A DNA stretch of 64,000 bases from the human T2T-CHM13v2.0 reference genome, Homo sapiens, in assembly GCF_009914755.1 (NCBI RefSeq), contig NC_060933.1; one strand, written 5' to 3'. The notes beneath the pieces are model-generated. The model had not been told where the DNA came from. It did no database searches and saw only the letters and a program-made list of their open reading frames with translations. A program made the translations under genes and the position numbers. Positions 12,392 through 26,225 of the stretch are shown piece after piece. The first letter of the stretch is position 1; each line of letters begins with the position of its first letter.

Positions 12392-12747
12392 TGATATGCT
12401 TTGGCTGTGTCCTCACCCAAATCTCACCTTGAATTGTAATAATCCCCACATGTCAAGGGCAGGGCCAGGTGGAGATCATTGAATCATGGGGGCAGTTTCC
12501 CCCATACTGTTCTCACAGTAGTGAATCAGTCTCATGAGACCTGATGGCTTCACAAATGGGAGATCCCCTGCAAAAGCTCTCTTGCCTGCTATCATGTAAA
12601 GTGTGACTTTTCTCCTCATTTGCCTTCTGCCATGATTCTAAGGCCTCCCCAGCCATGTGGAGCTGTGAGTCAATCAAACCTCTTTCCTTTATAAATTACC
12701 CAGTCTCGGGTATGTCTTTATTAGCAGCCAGAGAACAGACTAATACA
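12392..12747 (+). mobile_element. THE1 (B/C-like) MaLR solo LTR
   Basis: TGATATGCTTTGGCTGTGTCC...CAGACTAATACA. TSD ATGAG/ATAAG (4/5). Confidence 0.93.
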
Positions 12748-13234
12748 ATAAGCTAGCATAACAGAAGATAGAATTTAGATTTTGAGGTACAGAAGAAGAA
12801 ATTTTGGACAGAGAAATGGTGCAGACCTGTCATAGCCTATATAAAGATGCTAACAAAGGACAAAAACAGGCATCACACATTCAGGTATCCTAGCCCCTAA
12901 TCCACAGTGAAATGGTCAAGCTCTTCTGGAGAATTCAGAAGAAACTGACAAGGTTTTCCTTGATGCTTACCCAGCTGTCTAAGAGCAGAACACCTTGATT
13001 AGCCTCTCTTCTAGTTAATTACCAGTTTACCCGTTTAACCAAATGATCAGTTTGAAAATTAACAGTTTTCAAACTGTCTTTGGTTTTTCCTTCTCCTATC
13101 CTCTTTTTATTTTATATTCCGGGTTTGGCTTTTTAAAATAAATTAACAATAAATAATTATTATCGGTTTTCACTGCATATCATTAAATAATATGTTAACA
13201 AATAACAATATGCCTGTCAGGTATTTTTGGCAGA

Positions 13235-13435
13235 AGTTAGCATTTACTGAGATTTTGTCATGTTCCAAACATGGTGCTAAGAGCTTTAAATTGTTTCATT
13301 TAATGCTCATAACATACTTCTAAGATCAATTATTATTGTTTTATCATCAAAATGGAAACTAAAGCACAAAAAGATTAGTCAAGAAAAGACCAAATTTGAT
13401 TCTAGTTCTTTTATTTCAAAACCTGTGCTTCTACC
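13235..13435 (-). mobile_element. MIR fragment
   Basis: CATTTACTGAG...GGTGCTAAGAGCTTTA...TTCATTTAATGCTCATAAC...GGAAACTAAAGCACA. Confidence 0.6.
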
Positions 13436-14677
13436 CACAAATCACCACTCCCAAACCATACCACTTTTTCAAGCTTCTTGAAGGGAAAGATAATGTTTCA
13501 TCCATAGTGAGTCTTGACTGGTGAGATGAAAAATCAGGTAGAATAAACACGCCTGATGCCATTGTATTACAGAAATATAGGGGCTTACGCTGATCTTCTG
13601 AAAACATGACTCTCAATTTTGAGGACCCAAATCAGTCCAAATTTTAAATGTCAATTTTCCATGATAACGTAATAATAACTCCGGCTCACAAGCAATGATT
13701 CTATGTGATTCTCTAAGATAGCTGTTAGATGACATTGTGAATATATTATGTTTTCTTTTTTTTTTCTCAGCTCACTTTTACCAAATACATTTTATTTTGT
13801 TGTATTTATTTTATAAGGATGTTTACTGCACAAATAGATTTTAATCTAGGTTTTCCCTTTGCTTCCTTCTTCCTTCTCCCTTTTTATCTTTCTTTCCTTC
13901 TTGTTTCTTTTCCTCCTTTTGTATTTTCTTTCTTTCCCATCCTTTCTTCGTCCTTTCTTCCTCCTATTTATCCATGCATCCATCCATCCATCCCACTTTG
14001 TCATTCTATAGTAGCAGAATAGTTGAAATTTCCAGAAATTGTAAACATCCTTCTAACAAGAATTGGTCTCCAGGTGTTAGCATTCTCATAGCTGAGTTCA
14101 GAAATTGGCATGAGTTAGCTTACTAGTGCAAGCATCTCTTGTTGAGGGCAATTTGTAACTTTATTTGAAAAGGATTTTCATTTTCTAAGCAAAATTCAAA
14201 AGCACTGCTTGCTCCCCACCACAGAGAATTTCTAAAGCTTTCAGAAAGCATTTCACCTGAATAAAATATGAGGCTATATGATAAATAGGTGGACCTTGAA
14301 AACTTGAACACTGAGATGCTTATCTAATCCTGAACTATGCTTCAGTGGAATAACTTGATTAACTTCCAAGGTTTGACACTGTTTCCGGTTAAGCCAGAAT
14401 GTCTCCTAGGAACAACTACTTAGCTGTTATATTGGTGCTCTCCTTCAAAAAATCAAAACAGTGCAGATGATAGAAAGTAATTTTTAAAATTTTGTAATGT
14501 ACACTTGTGGGTGTACATTTAGATATACGCATGCAGGATTAACCTGAGATATGAGGACATGATGAGCAGGCTAATAATTTGGTATCTCCTTAAGCAATAT
14601 TCTTTAAATGGTTGTTCCACATTGATTTAGTGGTAAAGAGGAGGACCTAGTTTTCTATTCGTAAGAATTGTATTTTT

Positions 14678-15012
14678 CTACTGTGCAGCCATAAAAAGGA
14701 AGGAGATAATTCCTTTGCAGGGACATAGATGGAGCTGGAGGCCATTATCTTTAGCAAAGGAATGCAGGAACAGAAAACCAAATATTGCACATTGTGAGTG
14801 ATAAATGATGAGAACACATGGTCACATAGAGGGGAACAACACACAATTTGGCCTTTAAGAGCGTGAAGGGTGGGAGGAGGGGAGGATTTGGAAAAACAAC
14901 TAATGGGTACTCGGCTTAACACCTGGGTGATGAAATAATCTGTACAACAACCCCCATGACACAAGTTTACCTATGCAACAAACCTGCATTTCTACCCCTG
15001 CAGTTAAAAGTT
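14678..15012 (+). mobile_element. L1PA13-15-like 3' end fragment
   Basis: GCAGCCATAAAAAGG...GATGGAGCTGGAGGCCATTATC...GAAATAATCTGTACAAC...AACAAACCTGCA. Confidence 0.88.
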
Positions 15013-16019
15013 ATGTTTTTTTTTTCTTTCTAGATTCACATTGGCTAACATTTCTAAATTTATTGTGGCTCTAGTTCTTTCTCTATTTTTCTATTGTTGT
15101 TTATCTGAAAAAATTTGTTGGAATGTACTTAAAGGTTTTAAATTTAGATTAAACAGTAACATTTTACTGCAGCATGCACTACATCATGTTTCTTTTCTTG
15201 TTTTGTTTCAGATTTTTCTTGGATTTTATTTCCCTTTCAACGGCCTACTCTCAGTGTTGGTGTCTGAGCTTCCTCTGTGTGGAACAGAAGATTTTTAAAC
15301 CTGTATATTTATAGCAAACAATGAATCTCTAAATAGTTCTTCAGATCTTGAAGTGTTCCCACTTATTAATTAATTTGAGAAGGTTTTGCCAGATCTGAGG
15401 GAGATTTTCATATTTTTTCTTCTCATATGGCAAAGAAGTTCTCAGGCCTATGAATTTATAGAAAGAAAGTGAAATCTGGCAAGATCATCAGAGACTGTTT
15501 AATTGGGATTTTTGTGCTTCAGAAAACAAGAAAATCAAGCTCAGAGATGAAATCAGGTCTTCCAAACCTCCTGAAAGGAGTCTCCCTGTTCTATATTCAG
15601 GAAGGCATTGGTCACATTGAGGTCCTTTTGGGATTCTCTAGTTTTCATGTTTCAGTGGTAGACAAGGGAGTGTTTGAAGCATCAAGAGCATTTTCAGTGT
15701 CACTATTCTCTGTCTTAACTCTCCTGAAGCACCAACCATGATCAAGCTTGCAGTCTGAGTGTAAGATGTAGAAGGAGACAGAAATGAAATGCAGTTACCC
15801 AAGAAATATTTAAATACAATTGTATTAAATACTGTGATGGAGAGATACAGACTACTGCGAGTGTGTATATAAAAACGGGGGGTCCTGATCTGGTCAGGTG
15901 GAATGGGGAAAGCTTCCAGGAGGAAGACAAATTTAAGCTGAGACCTGAAGGGCGATTAGAAATTGTGCAACTGAGGGAGACAATTCTATTAATAGCGCTA
16001 TATCCCCTAGTGACTGGAA

Positions 16020-16305
16020 TGTAGGGTTTGAGACCTTGGGCTCAAAGACTGACTGCCTGAACAAAATTCTCTCCTTTACCACACTTTTAGCTCTGTTTTC
16101 TGTGGGCAAGACACTGAAGTTTTCTGTTTCTCCAGCCCTTTGTATGAAATTAGGGAATAATACTATTAAGGTATTGTGCTCTTAAACCATTATCACACAA
16201 TTTTGATAATCCCATGTGAAACTTAAATGCAATAATGCATGTAAAGCATTTTAACAGTGCCAAACACTCAGTAAACAATCAACAAATATTGGCTATTATT
16301 ATTGC
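16020..16305 (+). mobile_element. MIR SINE
   Basis: GGGCAAGACACTGAAGTTTTCTG...ATAATGCATGTAAAGCATTTTAACAGTGCC...AATATTGGCTATTATTATT. Confidence 0.65.
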
Positions 16306-17041
16306 AGGATTCTGCAGCTTACAAAACATTTTCATAGGCATCATACATTATCTCATCACCAATGCTTTCCTATAGTACTAGTTCTCGGGACACTTCCTCT
16401 GCTGATGGTACTATGATTCTATTTGGAGAAAATAAGCAAATGCTGTGAACCCCTTTTTAGCTTTATTAGGGGCTAGGAGTATTCTGTGGGAGAATCGAGA
16501 CAGAGCTTGGGTCTCGGAGTCCCCAAGTATATTCAAGAATCCTCCTATGTAGACTGGAAGTTTACCAATACTTAAAATTCTAGCAGTGTCTTAGATGAAT
16601 AGAGGCACACATTTAAAGGACTAGGTTACATTAAGGATTTTGAAAACATGACATTTATGGTTTAACTGCTCCTCAGGAATCATGTCCTCAAACTGTTCAA
16701 TAATGATGTAAGATGGGTGAACAAACAATTTAAGCTTCACTCTAAAATAATCTCGGCGGGAGCACAATATTGTAAACAGTCATTGCTGCATCTCCATTCT
16801 GTGAAGTTCCCTTTCATTGTTGTCCATTTATTCCTTTAAACTAAAAGTCTTTGACCAAGTTACTTAGCATCTTCTAACAATTCTTAAAAGTTCTTCTAAA
16901 GAAATTCAGCGTAAGGCGGTGTGAGCTATTACACTGACTATAAAGAATGTCATTTCTATTGAAAAGAGCAAACTTTCCACTAAACACATTTGACCTTCTT
17001 CTATCTGGTATTGTGGCTCATCTGAGAATAGGGATGGTGGC

Positions 17042-17415
17042 TGTATTAGTTCATTCTCATGCTGCTAATAAAGACGTACCCGAGATTGGGTAATTTATAA
17101 AGGAAAAGGGTTTAATTGACTCACACAGTTCAGCATGGCTGGGGAGGCCTCAGGTAACTTACAATCATGGTGGAAGGGGAAGCAAACATGTCCTTCTTCA
17201 CATGGCAGCAGCACGGAGAAGTGCAGAGGGAAGTGGGGTCGGGGGAAGTCCCTTATAAAACCATCAGCTCTTGTGAGAACTCACTCATTATCACAAGAAC
17301 AGCAGCATGAGGGAAACTGCCTCCATGATTCAATTACCTCCCATGACATGTGGGGATTATGGAAACTACAATTCAAGATGAGATTTGGGGGTGGGGACAC
17401 AACCAGACCATATCA
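17042..17415 (-). mobile_element. THE1 (C/D-like) MaLR solo LTR
   Basis: TGTATTAGTTCATTCTCATGCTGCTAATAAAGAC...ACCATATCA. Perfect TSD GTGGC (17037-17041, 17416-17420). Confidence 0.94.
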
Positions 17416-17469
17416 GTGGCATTTATTATTGCAATTTGACAGCATTTAACATTGGTAAGTTATTTTACA

Positions 17470-17640
17470 GCTTGCAAAATATTTTATCACGTTTGGTTCT
17501 CTCAGCAGCCTTTCTCAATTTTCAGTTAGTGAAATTGAGACCCAAAGTTAAATAGATTGCCCAAGTTCAGAGAGCTGGTCAGTGACACAGCCAGGAGTTG
17601 AACCAAATGTTTCACTTCCAAATAGAAAGCTCTTGCCACC
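17470..17640 (-). mobile_element. MIR fragment
   Basis: GAAATTGAGACCCAAAGTTAAATAGATTGCCCAAGTTCAGAGAGCTGGTCAGTG. Confidence 0.6.
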
Positions 17641-19274
17641 AAATTTTGATTTTTTGCTTCATTTTCAAAGCTTGCACAGGAACACAAGAGCAGGCATTTT
17701 ACAGTTCTAAGATTAGTAGAACACAGAAGATGATCTTTTGCTAGTATGTCACTGAGGACCCCACTGAACTGCATTCAGTTCCCAGGAAGTATTAGGACTT
17801 CAAAGACCAGGCAAGAGGATATTACTGTGTCACTGCCAAGCAACGTAGACAAGGTTGCAGTAGTGCCCTTGGGGAGAACTGTTGGGGGTACAGAGTTACA
17901 GCAGGACATTAGCCTCTGTGACACTTTCTATACCTGAGAATTTCCCAGAGGCCATGAGGAGCTAATCCTCCCAAGGCTTTTGGGAATTTTCAACCCTGTG
18001 TGGAAAAGACAACCTCCAACAATTTAAGACACCCAAGAAAAGTTGTTAATGATTCCCTTAGGGTTCCTCACTTCAGGTGGTTTAAGAATTCTTTCATTTG
18101 AACCTGAATCAGGACGTCTCTTTAAGAAAATCCAGCTTGCTATTTTACTGCCCTCCTTTGGGATTAAGTTAAGGAAACTAAAGCCATTATCTGCTTGTGG
18201 CTTTGCTGAATCAATGAATTTTACTCACTATAAACCCACATGAAGTGATTCTTTTTCATGAAAAGATGGCATAGGCATTTTTTGAACCTTGAGTTTTGAA
18301 GGATACACAGAAGGCTCTCTCAGTCTGATAATTAGAGCAGACATGGCAGTGCACATGCACAGTGTCAGGGGCTTTTCCATACTGGACACGCTGAAAGACA
18401 GGTACAGATTCTGTTTAAAGTAAAATAATAAAAAGAGGGGCTAGGTTAAAAGGGAATTAAAAACATTTGGAAATCATTAAAAAATGGTTTGTCTTTCTCT
18501 GGATGTTGCTCTCTAAATTGCACCTTCCCTTTAGCCTTTTGAGACATCTTTTGTTAAAAGCAAATACAGATACAACAATTTTGCTTCTTTGGGACAAATC
18601 TCATGGACTGGCACACGTGGCTTAGGGTGAGCAGTCAAAGCTTGGCAAAGCTACCACGTTTTCTTAAATCTAGGACTGCATTGATTCAAAAATGCATCAC
18701 CTTATTTTTATGCACCACCAAGAAAAAAAAATACCAACAGCTGGTCACACCAGCCTCTTATGGCTTTGCATCTTGTCTTTTCAATGGTATTGGTGATTTT
18801 TCTTTCCTTCATTTCATTGCCTGGCAAGTGAGAGACACTGTCTTTTGCATGTGCCCCAATAACAAAATGTAACCCATTTTCATCCACATCTATAAATAAC
18901 TTGATTGTTGCTTTGCAAGAAATTAGGGAGTTTCAATCATCACTTGGACAGTAAGTATTTATTTCTCTAGTAATACCAAGTTTACATGCAGTGGCTCATT
19001 TCAACAAAATGACTTTGTTTCCGAAGTGAATCATAGCGTAGTCTTTTTAAAGACTGACAAGTTATAATATTTCGTATGTCACCACTGCCACCCAGCCAAC
19101 AGCAATGGTAATAAGACACATTTAAATTTTGGAAAAGTTAAATTGTGAAAAAAAAGTATGATTTAGAATTGATGAACTATGATAATTCATCACTCTAAAC
19201 AGCCAAGAGATAAGGAAACGATCCAGATATGGGAATTTCCTGTCCAGCGATGAGGAATTGAAGAAGTAACCTAG

Positions 19275-19743
19275 TGACAAAGGACTTAATGTTCTCCTCA
19301 ACATGACTAAGCTTTAGATAGGTTTCTTCCTGAACCCCCTTTCCTTAAAGCATTTACTTTAGGAAACTTACATTCTTTCTCTGCCCCTTTGAGGTGTAAA
19401 TCTTCTATAAATCAGAAGTATCTTTCTCAAGGACCTGGGAACCACCCCCTTTAAATGTAATAATCTAAAGAGATGCGGCCCCTGTCTCCCAGTCTCTGTG
19501 GGAGGGTAGGAGTCTAACTTTGATGGGCACTCATTAACAAACACAGACGGCCTCACACATTAATCAGCCTTCACTCCTAATGTCCTCTAGTGCTTTCCCA
19601 TTAACTCACTCCAGAATTTACAAATCCTCCCCTCGAGCCTTTTGTTTCAGGGGAGTTGAATTTAATCTCTCTCTCCATCGCAACAGTCTGGAATAAAGTC
19701 CTCCTTGCTTGTTTACCTGGTCCAGCGCAACTTTTCTTTTACA
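19275..19743 (+). mobile_element. ERV1 solo LTR (MER67-like)
   Basis: TGACAAAG...TTTACA termini, AATAAA near the 3' end, 4-bp TSD CTAG (19271-19274, 19744-19747). Internal CTCAAGGACCTGGGA...CCCAGTCTCTGTGGGAGGGTAGGAG recalled from MER67. Confidence 0.85.
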
Positions 19744-20169
19744 CTAGTAACCCAGTTCTAGAGAAATGGTCAGCGTTAAAATGATACTGCTTACACACTT
19801 AGCATGTGCTATTTTGAATTGTGATTTTCTCTTTTTACACATAAGTTTTGGTCTCCCAATTAGCTTATATAGTTTATATATTTTCTGAGAGTAAAATCCC
19901 AGCAATATATATTCCCCTGTAGTATTTTCGTGTTGTAAATGCTGAGTGAAAGTGAAGGTGTGTTGAAAATTATAGTTTATGATTAGAACTGGTCATTTTT
20001 ATTGTTTAGAATCATAGGAGTTTAGAGGTGAAAGGAAATTCTTTCTAATCCAAATATCAAATTTTTTAGTATAATATTCTGTGGCCTAGAGGGATTAACA
20101 TTATATTTTTTTCAAGATACACAATTAGTTAATGGTTAGCCAAAAACAACCCAGTGCTGTCTTCACTAG

Positions 20170-20350
20170 ACCAATGATGCCCCACACTGAACTACCCACT
20201 GAAGAGACCTATGGAGCTTTAAAAAATGCTGATGCAATTTTTTCATCAAGATCAATTGATTAAAAGTCTCTGGTTGTGGGCCCTCACATTTGTGGTTTGT
20301 AAAAGCTCTCCAGGTGATTATAAAATGCAGTCAAGTAAGGGAACTACTAG
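20170..20350. mobile_element. MER5A-like hAT-Charlie DNA transposon
   Basis: GGAGCTTTAAAAAATGCTGATGC...AAAAGCTCTCCAGGTGATTATAAAATGCAGTCAAG. Confidence 0.7.
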
Positions 20351-22835
20351 AATATGCTTTCTTCCTTTGTGTAACATACTAAAACCTAACAAGAAACTAG
20401 TTCTTAGTTTGCGGTCCTGTGCAGAGTGGCAGAGGGATAAATTTTTAATGCTTTTAGCACTTCTGAGTGGATTCCCATTTTTAACAGCACTCATCATTTA
20501 TTATTTTTATTCCTTCTGTTGCTTTCATGACTAGAAGCTTATAAAGTTGCATGTATTACGACTGCCTTGCTGGTTATGGTAGCTCACAGAACCTGGGAAG
20601 GTGGCCTTTGTACTAAAGCAAACAGTACTTGATGTGCCTCTGGAGCTGGTCTATTTGCAGATTGGGCTGCTTGGCAGAGGGAAAAAATTTTCAATGAACA
20701 TTTCTCTAATGTTACCAAATCTATTAGACTGCTGGCCTACAAATCTGTACCAGTGATAGAATTTTTGCAGGTCAGTAAGATATATACTTCATAAGACTGT
20801 GAACTTCAAGGAAGAAAGAAATTGTATAAATGCAAATGATTATTTTGGTTATACAAATAAGTGAGCCTAATATAGTAATAATTGCAATTAAAACGAAAGC
20901 CAGGTGCCATTGCGCTAGAGAGCAACACCTTCATAAAGAAATTTAGCAAAGAAATTATTACATGCCTTAACTGTAAGCTTTGAATAAGAACCAAATTTTT
21001 AAGGGGTTGTTTTTTTTTTTAGTTCATTAGACATAAATTAAACCAAATCAGGAGAATGAAGCGTCTCCTCCCTCTTACTCCCACATCACTGTGGGCCTAA
21101 CCTTAATTTGCTGATGTTCGCAATATTTGTATAGTACTGCTCTTCTGGAACAAAACAATGCTACTGTGATGATTCAGGGAAAGAATTAGAAACTATATAT
21201 TTTTAAAATTTCCCTTTTATGAGCAATTTAAATTGGCAGGGAAAATACAATTAAGCAATTTCAAAGGTATAATTTCATGGAGATTTAAACATCACATCTC
21301 TAAACAGTGTTTTTAAAAAAAGAAATTTGTAACTAAATTTTTGTATTATTTATAGTTCTAATCTTTGGGAGATAATGGTGAAGAAAATTGCCAAGAATGT
21401 GATTTTTACAAAGAACTATTTGAAAAGTCCCAGCCTAAAATGTTGAAACAGAAAAAGGTGAGCAACCAGTGATTTTGGAGGCAGAAAACAGTGGAGCCGT
21501 CCCCTTGGCATTGCTCTAAGGTCATTAACTAGGGGAGATCTGCAGGCTCCATTCCTCAGCTTAGAAGCTAGTGGCTCATGGAAAAAAGTCCTCCCTGCAA
21601 ATAAGAGACTGTGCCATAGATACTACAGAAGGAACAGGGAATTACCAGGTATCTTTAACCCTTCCATTTTTACATCCTATGTTTGTAATGTTCCAATGCA
21701 AGGTTTCATTTTACACTTTTTTTCTGACAGCATCAAAGTTTGCTCCTATTTACCTGGAGTCTTGGGAGCCCCTACTCTTTGAGCAAGTCAGTTCCGTTGC
21801 ACAGCTTTACTTGTTTGAAAATTATCCAGTGCATCAATAAAAATCTGATTCCAAATGTTTTTACCTGCTAGGCTGAAGTTGCCTCTCTTTCTAGGTCCAC
21901 GTTTGGTAATATCAGGTTTGGGCTTGAAATCACCCACAGTATGAGTATTTATACGGAAGAAATCTGCAAGTGATATGAATCAGGAAATCTTTGGAAAGAG
22001 TTGGTTGTTAAACTTTACCAGCACACAAATACCTCTGGAGCTGAGCAAAACAAGTCTACCCCCTCATCTTCACAACGGTCTTTCAAACATATTTAAGGTT
22101 CCTTTCCCACTCTCTCCGAAGTCCGTGCCATACAAGGTAGGAAGGTCCCTGGGTGGGGTTCTTGCTGGGCGGTTCTAATTTTGAGCAAGTGGTATGTATA
22201 TTTGTCGGTACGTGTGTCCTCATCTAAGATACACTGCTTGCTTCATTAAACTGTTTCAGAAATTAAAATAATATCTGCAAAGTGATTAGCATCGGACCTG
22301 CACATCATAAGACCTTGGACATTTTTAGCTATTATTATCTTTAGTGCAATGGTTTATTGAGTCAGTGAACAGCCTTTGCTTACTCTTATCTCCTAGCCAA
22401 AGAGTTTAGGGAAAAGTGCATCCTAACAATAGTTTTTACTTTTTTCCAAATTGCTTTATTTGACCCAAATTTGTACAATTTTGATTAGGTACCAAGGCTT
22501 CCATATACATTTACTTTCAACTTCAGATTTAATGTTGCATCCTATTCGGACACTTGAATTGTCAGGGTGACGATCCCAAAGACTTCCTTTTGTCTTACAA
22601 AGAGAGATCCAAACCATTTGAAAATGTTTGCTTGAACAGGACTATACCTTCGGGTTTGAGGAGAGGTTGTGGAGTGTGTGGTCATTTCCTATACTACCAA
22701 CCCTTCTCTGGTCATTATTCTGTCTCTCAGAGCCTAACACACTTGTGCCTTTGTCCATGATTACTTACTCTTCCTCTCCTAATGTCCTTAAGGCTTATGG
22801 TACTCTCCACACCAAAAGGGGAACCCAGCTGTCGT

Positions 22836-23430
22836 TGTGGCGTGTCAGTGTAGTCACCAAGTTTCCCTCCTCCTCATGTACATGTCCTGTATAATCCTAT
22901 CCTCTTGAGTGTGGGCATGAACTGTGAATATGATGGGATAGCACTCCCTTGATTAGGTTATTGTATAAGGTACAGGTGATTTCAGAAGAGGAGATTATCC
23001 TTCGTGGGGCTGGCTTAACCTTTAAAGGGATTGGATTTTTGCTGAAGTCAGAGATTTGAAGCATGAAACACATTCCGTGTGAAGGAGATTATCTGTTTCT
23101 AGCTTTGAATTATGGAGGGGGCCAATTTGTAAGGACTTAAGAGCAGCTTCTAAGAGCTCTCAGCCCACCAGAAATCAGAATTTCAAACACACAGCCTCTA
23201 AGAACTGAATTCTGCCAACAACCTGAATGAGCTTAGAAGGGGAGTCTTCCCCTATCCTATAAAAGAAAGTCAACCCACCTGACACCTTCATTGTGAGATC
23301 CTGGGTAAAAGACCAAGCTTAACTACATTTGACTTCTGAACTACACAACTGTGTGAAAATAAATGGCTATTGGTATTGGCTGCTGTTTTTGGTTATTTTT
23401 TTAACGCAGCAACAGGAAACGCATGTACCA
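22836..23430 (+). mobile_element. MLT1 (E/F-like) MaLR solo LTR
   Basis: CTCTTGAGTGTGGGC...GAACTGAATTCTGCCAACAACCTGAATGAGCTT...AATAAATGG...GCAGCAACAGGAAAC. Confidence 0.82.
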
Positions 23431-26225
23431 GAAATCATGTGCCCTCAGAATTTTCTTCTTCAGTCTAAACAGCTTTAATCCCATTACCATATTGCCAGCC
23501 TCTCTCAGCAGCCATGGGTGCCTCCTTCTCGATTCTTTCTGGTTTCACCAAAGTTTCTTCTAAATATGGGCTGTCTTTTCTCTACCTCTGGCTCAATATT
23601 CACTTGAATCACAGGTAGAATGTCTTAAAATGATCCAAGAGATGTTCCAAAATGAGGTAAATGAACTAAGTAAGACATAAAATTTTGAGGAGGCATGCAT
23701 ATGTTTTATCATCAACACAGAAAAATGTGAATCTGTTCTGAAACAAGGCAGATAGAAATCATTGAATAAAAAAGCCTCTGACCCATTCCTCTACTGAGGC
23801 AGTTTTCACACTGCCATGTGACTATTTCCAGCTGGGTCTAGTCTGTTAACTCATTGGGGGTGTGAGACTGTACTATTTTCATCTCTAAACTCCAAGGATA
23901 GGTGCTCAGTAAATGTCTTCTACATTTACCTGAAATAGAAGCACTTGCAAATGATAGGAAGTACAGCTTGCTACGGTCGATTGAAGATACTCTGCGAAGT
24001 TGAGAAGCAGCAGAGACAACTGTTTGGAAAGATGTGAGCGACTGAGGAATGCACCATGAAGTAAATACTTTTTCAGGATCAGAAAGCAATTTTAATGAAG
24101 CAGGAGGTGTTGGTGAACTCTTCCAGGGTGGGAGATGAAGAACTGAACAAAAATAAAAATGAGACGCCTTAGAATTTGCCGTAGAACAAACAAGACAGGA
24201 TGTGATAACACTGATAGTTTAGAGCCACTCTCAAAGGATATTTTCTCTAGTTCAGAAGGGCACTGTCTTTCTTTGAGAGAAACTGGGTTATACACACAGA
24301 CATAACCCGGGGGATTTGTCCAGGGTAAAATAGCCAAACTAATATTAAGAGAAGAAAATCTTCTCACAGTTGAAAGATAAATAGAACAAAGAGAAAGAAG
24401 TCGAAGAGCCTAGCCTTCTGTAGGGAAGTCTAGGCCTCCCTGCAGGGAACCCAATTAGTTCTCTCTCACTTGGGTTGCTAGTTCCTCAGAGCACAGTCTG
24501 GGGAACAATCATCTGAAGGAAGCAAGAAATTGAGAAATAACAGCAACCAAAACCTTAATTTATGTTGTTACTTGGAGTGTATAGGCTGCACTAATACGTG
24601 TAAGATCAATAACAGTTTCACCATTCCTTAGTTGGGGAAACAGGATCAGAAGGTACGTGACCTGCTAAAGGTTGCACTGCTGATAACTGATAGGGTCAGG
24701 TAAGGACTAGAACCTGGTCTAAGAAATTCTTTGGCATCAAATTATGCCAAATCCTGTGCTCTTTCAGAACATCAAATTCTCTCTCCAAGGAAGAACAAAG
24801 ACTAAAAAAAATTTATATATTTTGAAATCAACACCCAAGCTCCTCAGATCTTTTGGGAGATGTGGATGAGTTATGTTTCTGGGAAAGTCATTTAATTTCT
24901 CTGGAAAAAAATCCAATAAACCATTCAACTCTGACAATCTTTGCTTGTCTGATTCTAAGAATTTATTGAGCACCTAAAATGAATAAAGTTCCAGGACTGA
25001 GACTATAGGAAATACAGAAAAACTATGACTCTGTTGTTGTATGTTCATTTATTTAACAGACATTTATTTAAAAATCCTTCTGTCAGGCAGGTACTAGGAA
25101 ACACTTGTAGATACTAGTATATTTTCCTCCATCAGCCAATTATACAAAGGTTTGCACTGAAATTTGGCTCATAAATTCCCACCTACTTTGATGTCAATCC
25201 TGCATCAGTGATGTTCCTACAAATGAATCAGATGATGTTATCTATTTTACAGATTTCTTTCTGAAAGCAGTTACTTTCTAACTCAATGTTAAAGTGTTCC
25301 ATTTACCTTGAAGGTACAGATAATGTTTGTATTTGTTTTCAATAGTTGCTAGGTAACAGAACACTGCCCACCACTTTTCATCAGAGAAAATATCAGACAA
25401 TTTAAGATATTTGTTTTTTATTTTATATTATATTTTGGAAAGTGAGAAATATATATAATTGAGGTCCACACCATTAAAATTAAAAAGCTTTGCTAGGTAA
25501 TTAATAGTGAATATCTGTGTGGTACAAAAAAACTGTCATGGTTACTCACTATCTCATTACAAAGTATTGTATCATTTCTATCATTTGAAATAACAGAATT
25601 TGCAAATCCATTTAATCAGGCAGACATGAAGTATTAAACAACCCAACATGCTGAAAGTGAACAAGTGAACAAGGATGACACTCACCATCGCCCCTCTCTC
25701 TGGTGGAACTCTCAAGATAGTTAGCTGACTATAAGTGATCCATATTTCTCTAACGTAAGGACGAGAAATTATAAATCAAAGTTCTAATATTTTCTCTCTT
25801 GTCACATTGTTCCATCTTACACTATACCACAGTCACCACTGCCCGTCTGCCATTGTCCTCCCTCCTCCCAGGTGACTGCAGCTCATTTTGGAGGCACCAT
25901 TTAAAAACACATGCTAATTACAAAAATACTTAATAACTCACATAAGTGTAAAGAAGAAATTAAACATAACCCATAATCTACCACCTCCGACGAATGCATA
26001 TTACATAATTGGAAGTTTCCCATTTGTGGCAGTTAGTTGGTTTTGTGTGTGTGTGTGTCTGTGTGCAGCCTTTACATTTTTAAATCTCAACACTAATGTT
26101 AATAACTGGAATATTATTTTATTTCTGTTGGCTTCTTGTTACTATAAAGAAAAGCTATATTAAACATTTTATTTTATGTTGACATTTTATTAAATTTACT
26201 AAATTCTCTTGTTATTTATAGCAGG

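Noticed and set aside
17135-17449. 100+ aa ORFs at 17135, 54534 and 54574
   Set aside because: They lie within THE1 or MLT2 LTRs and are chance open frames.
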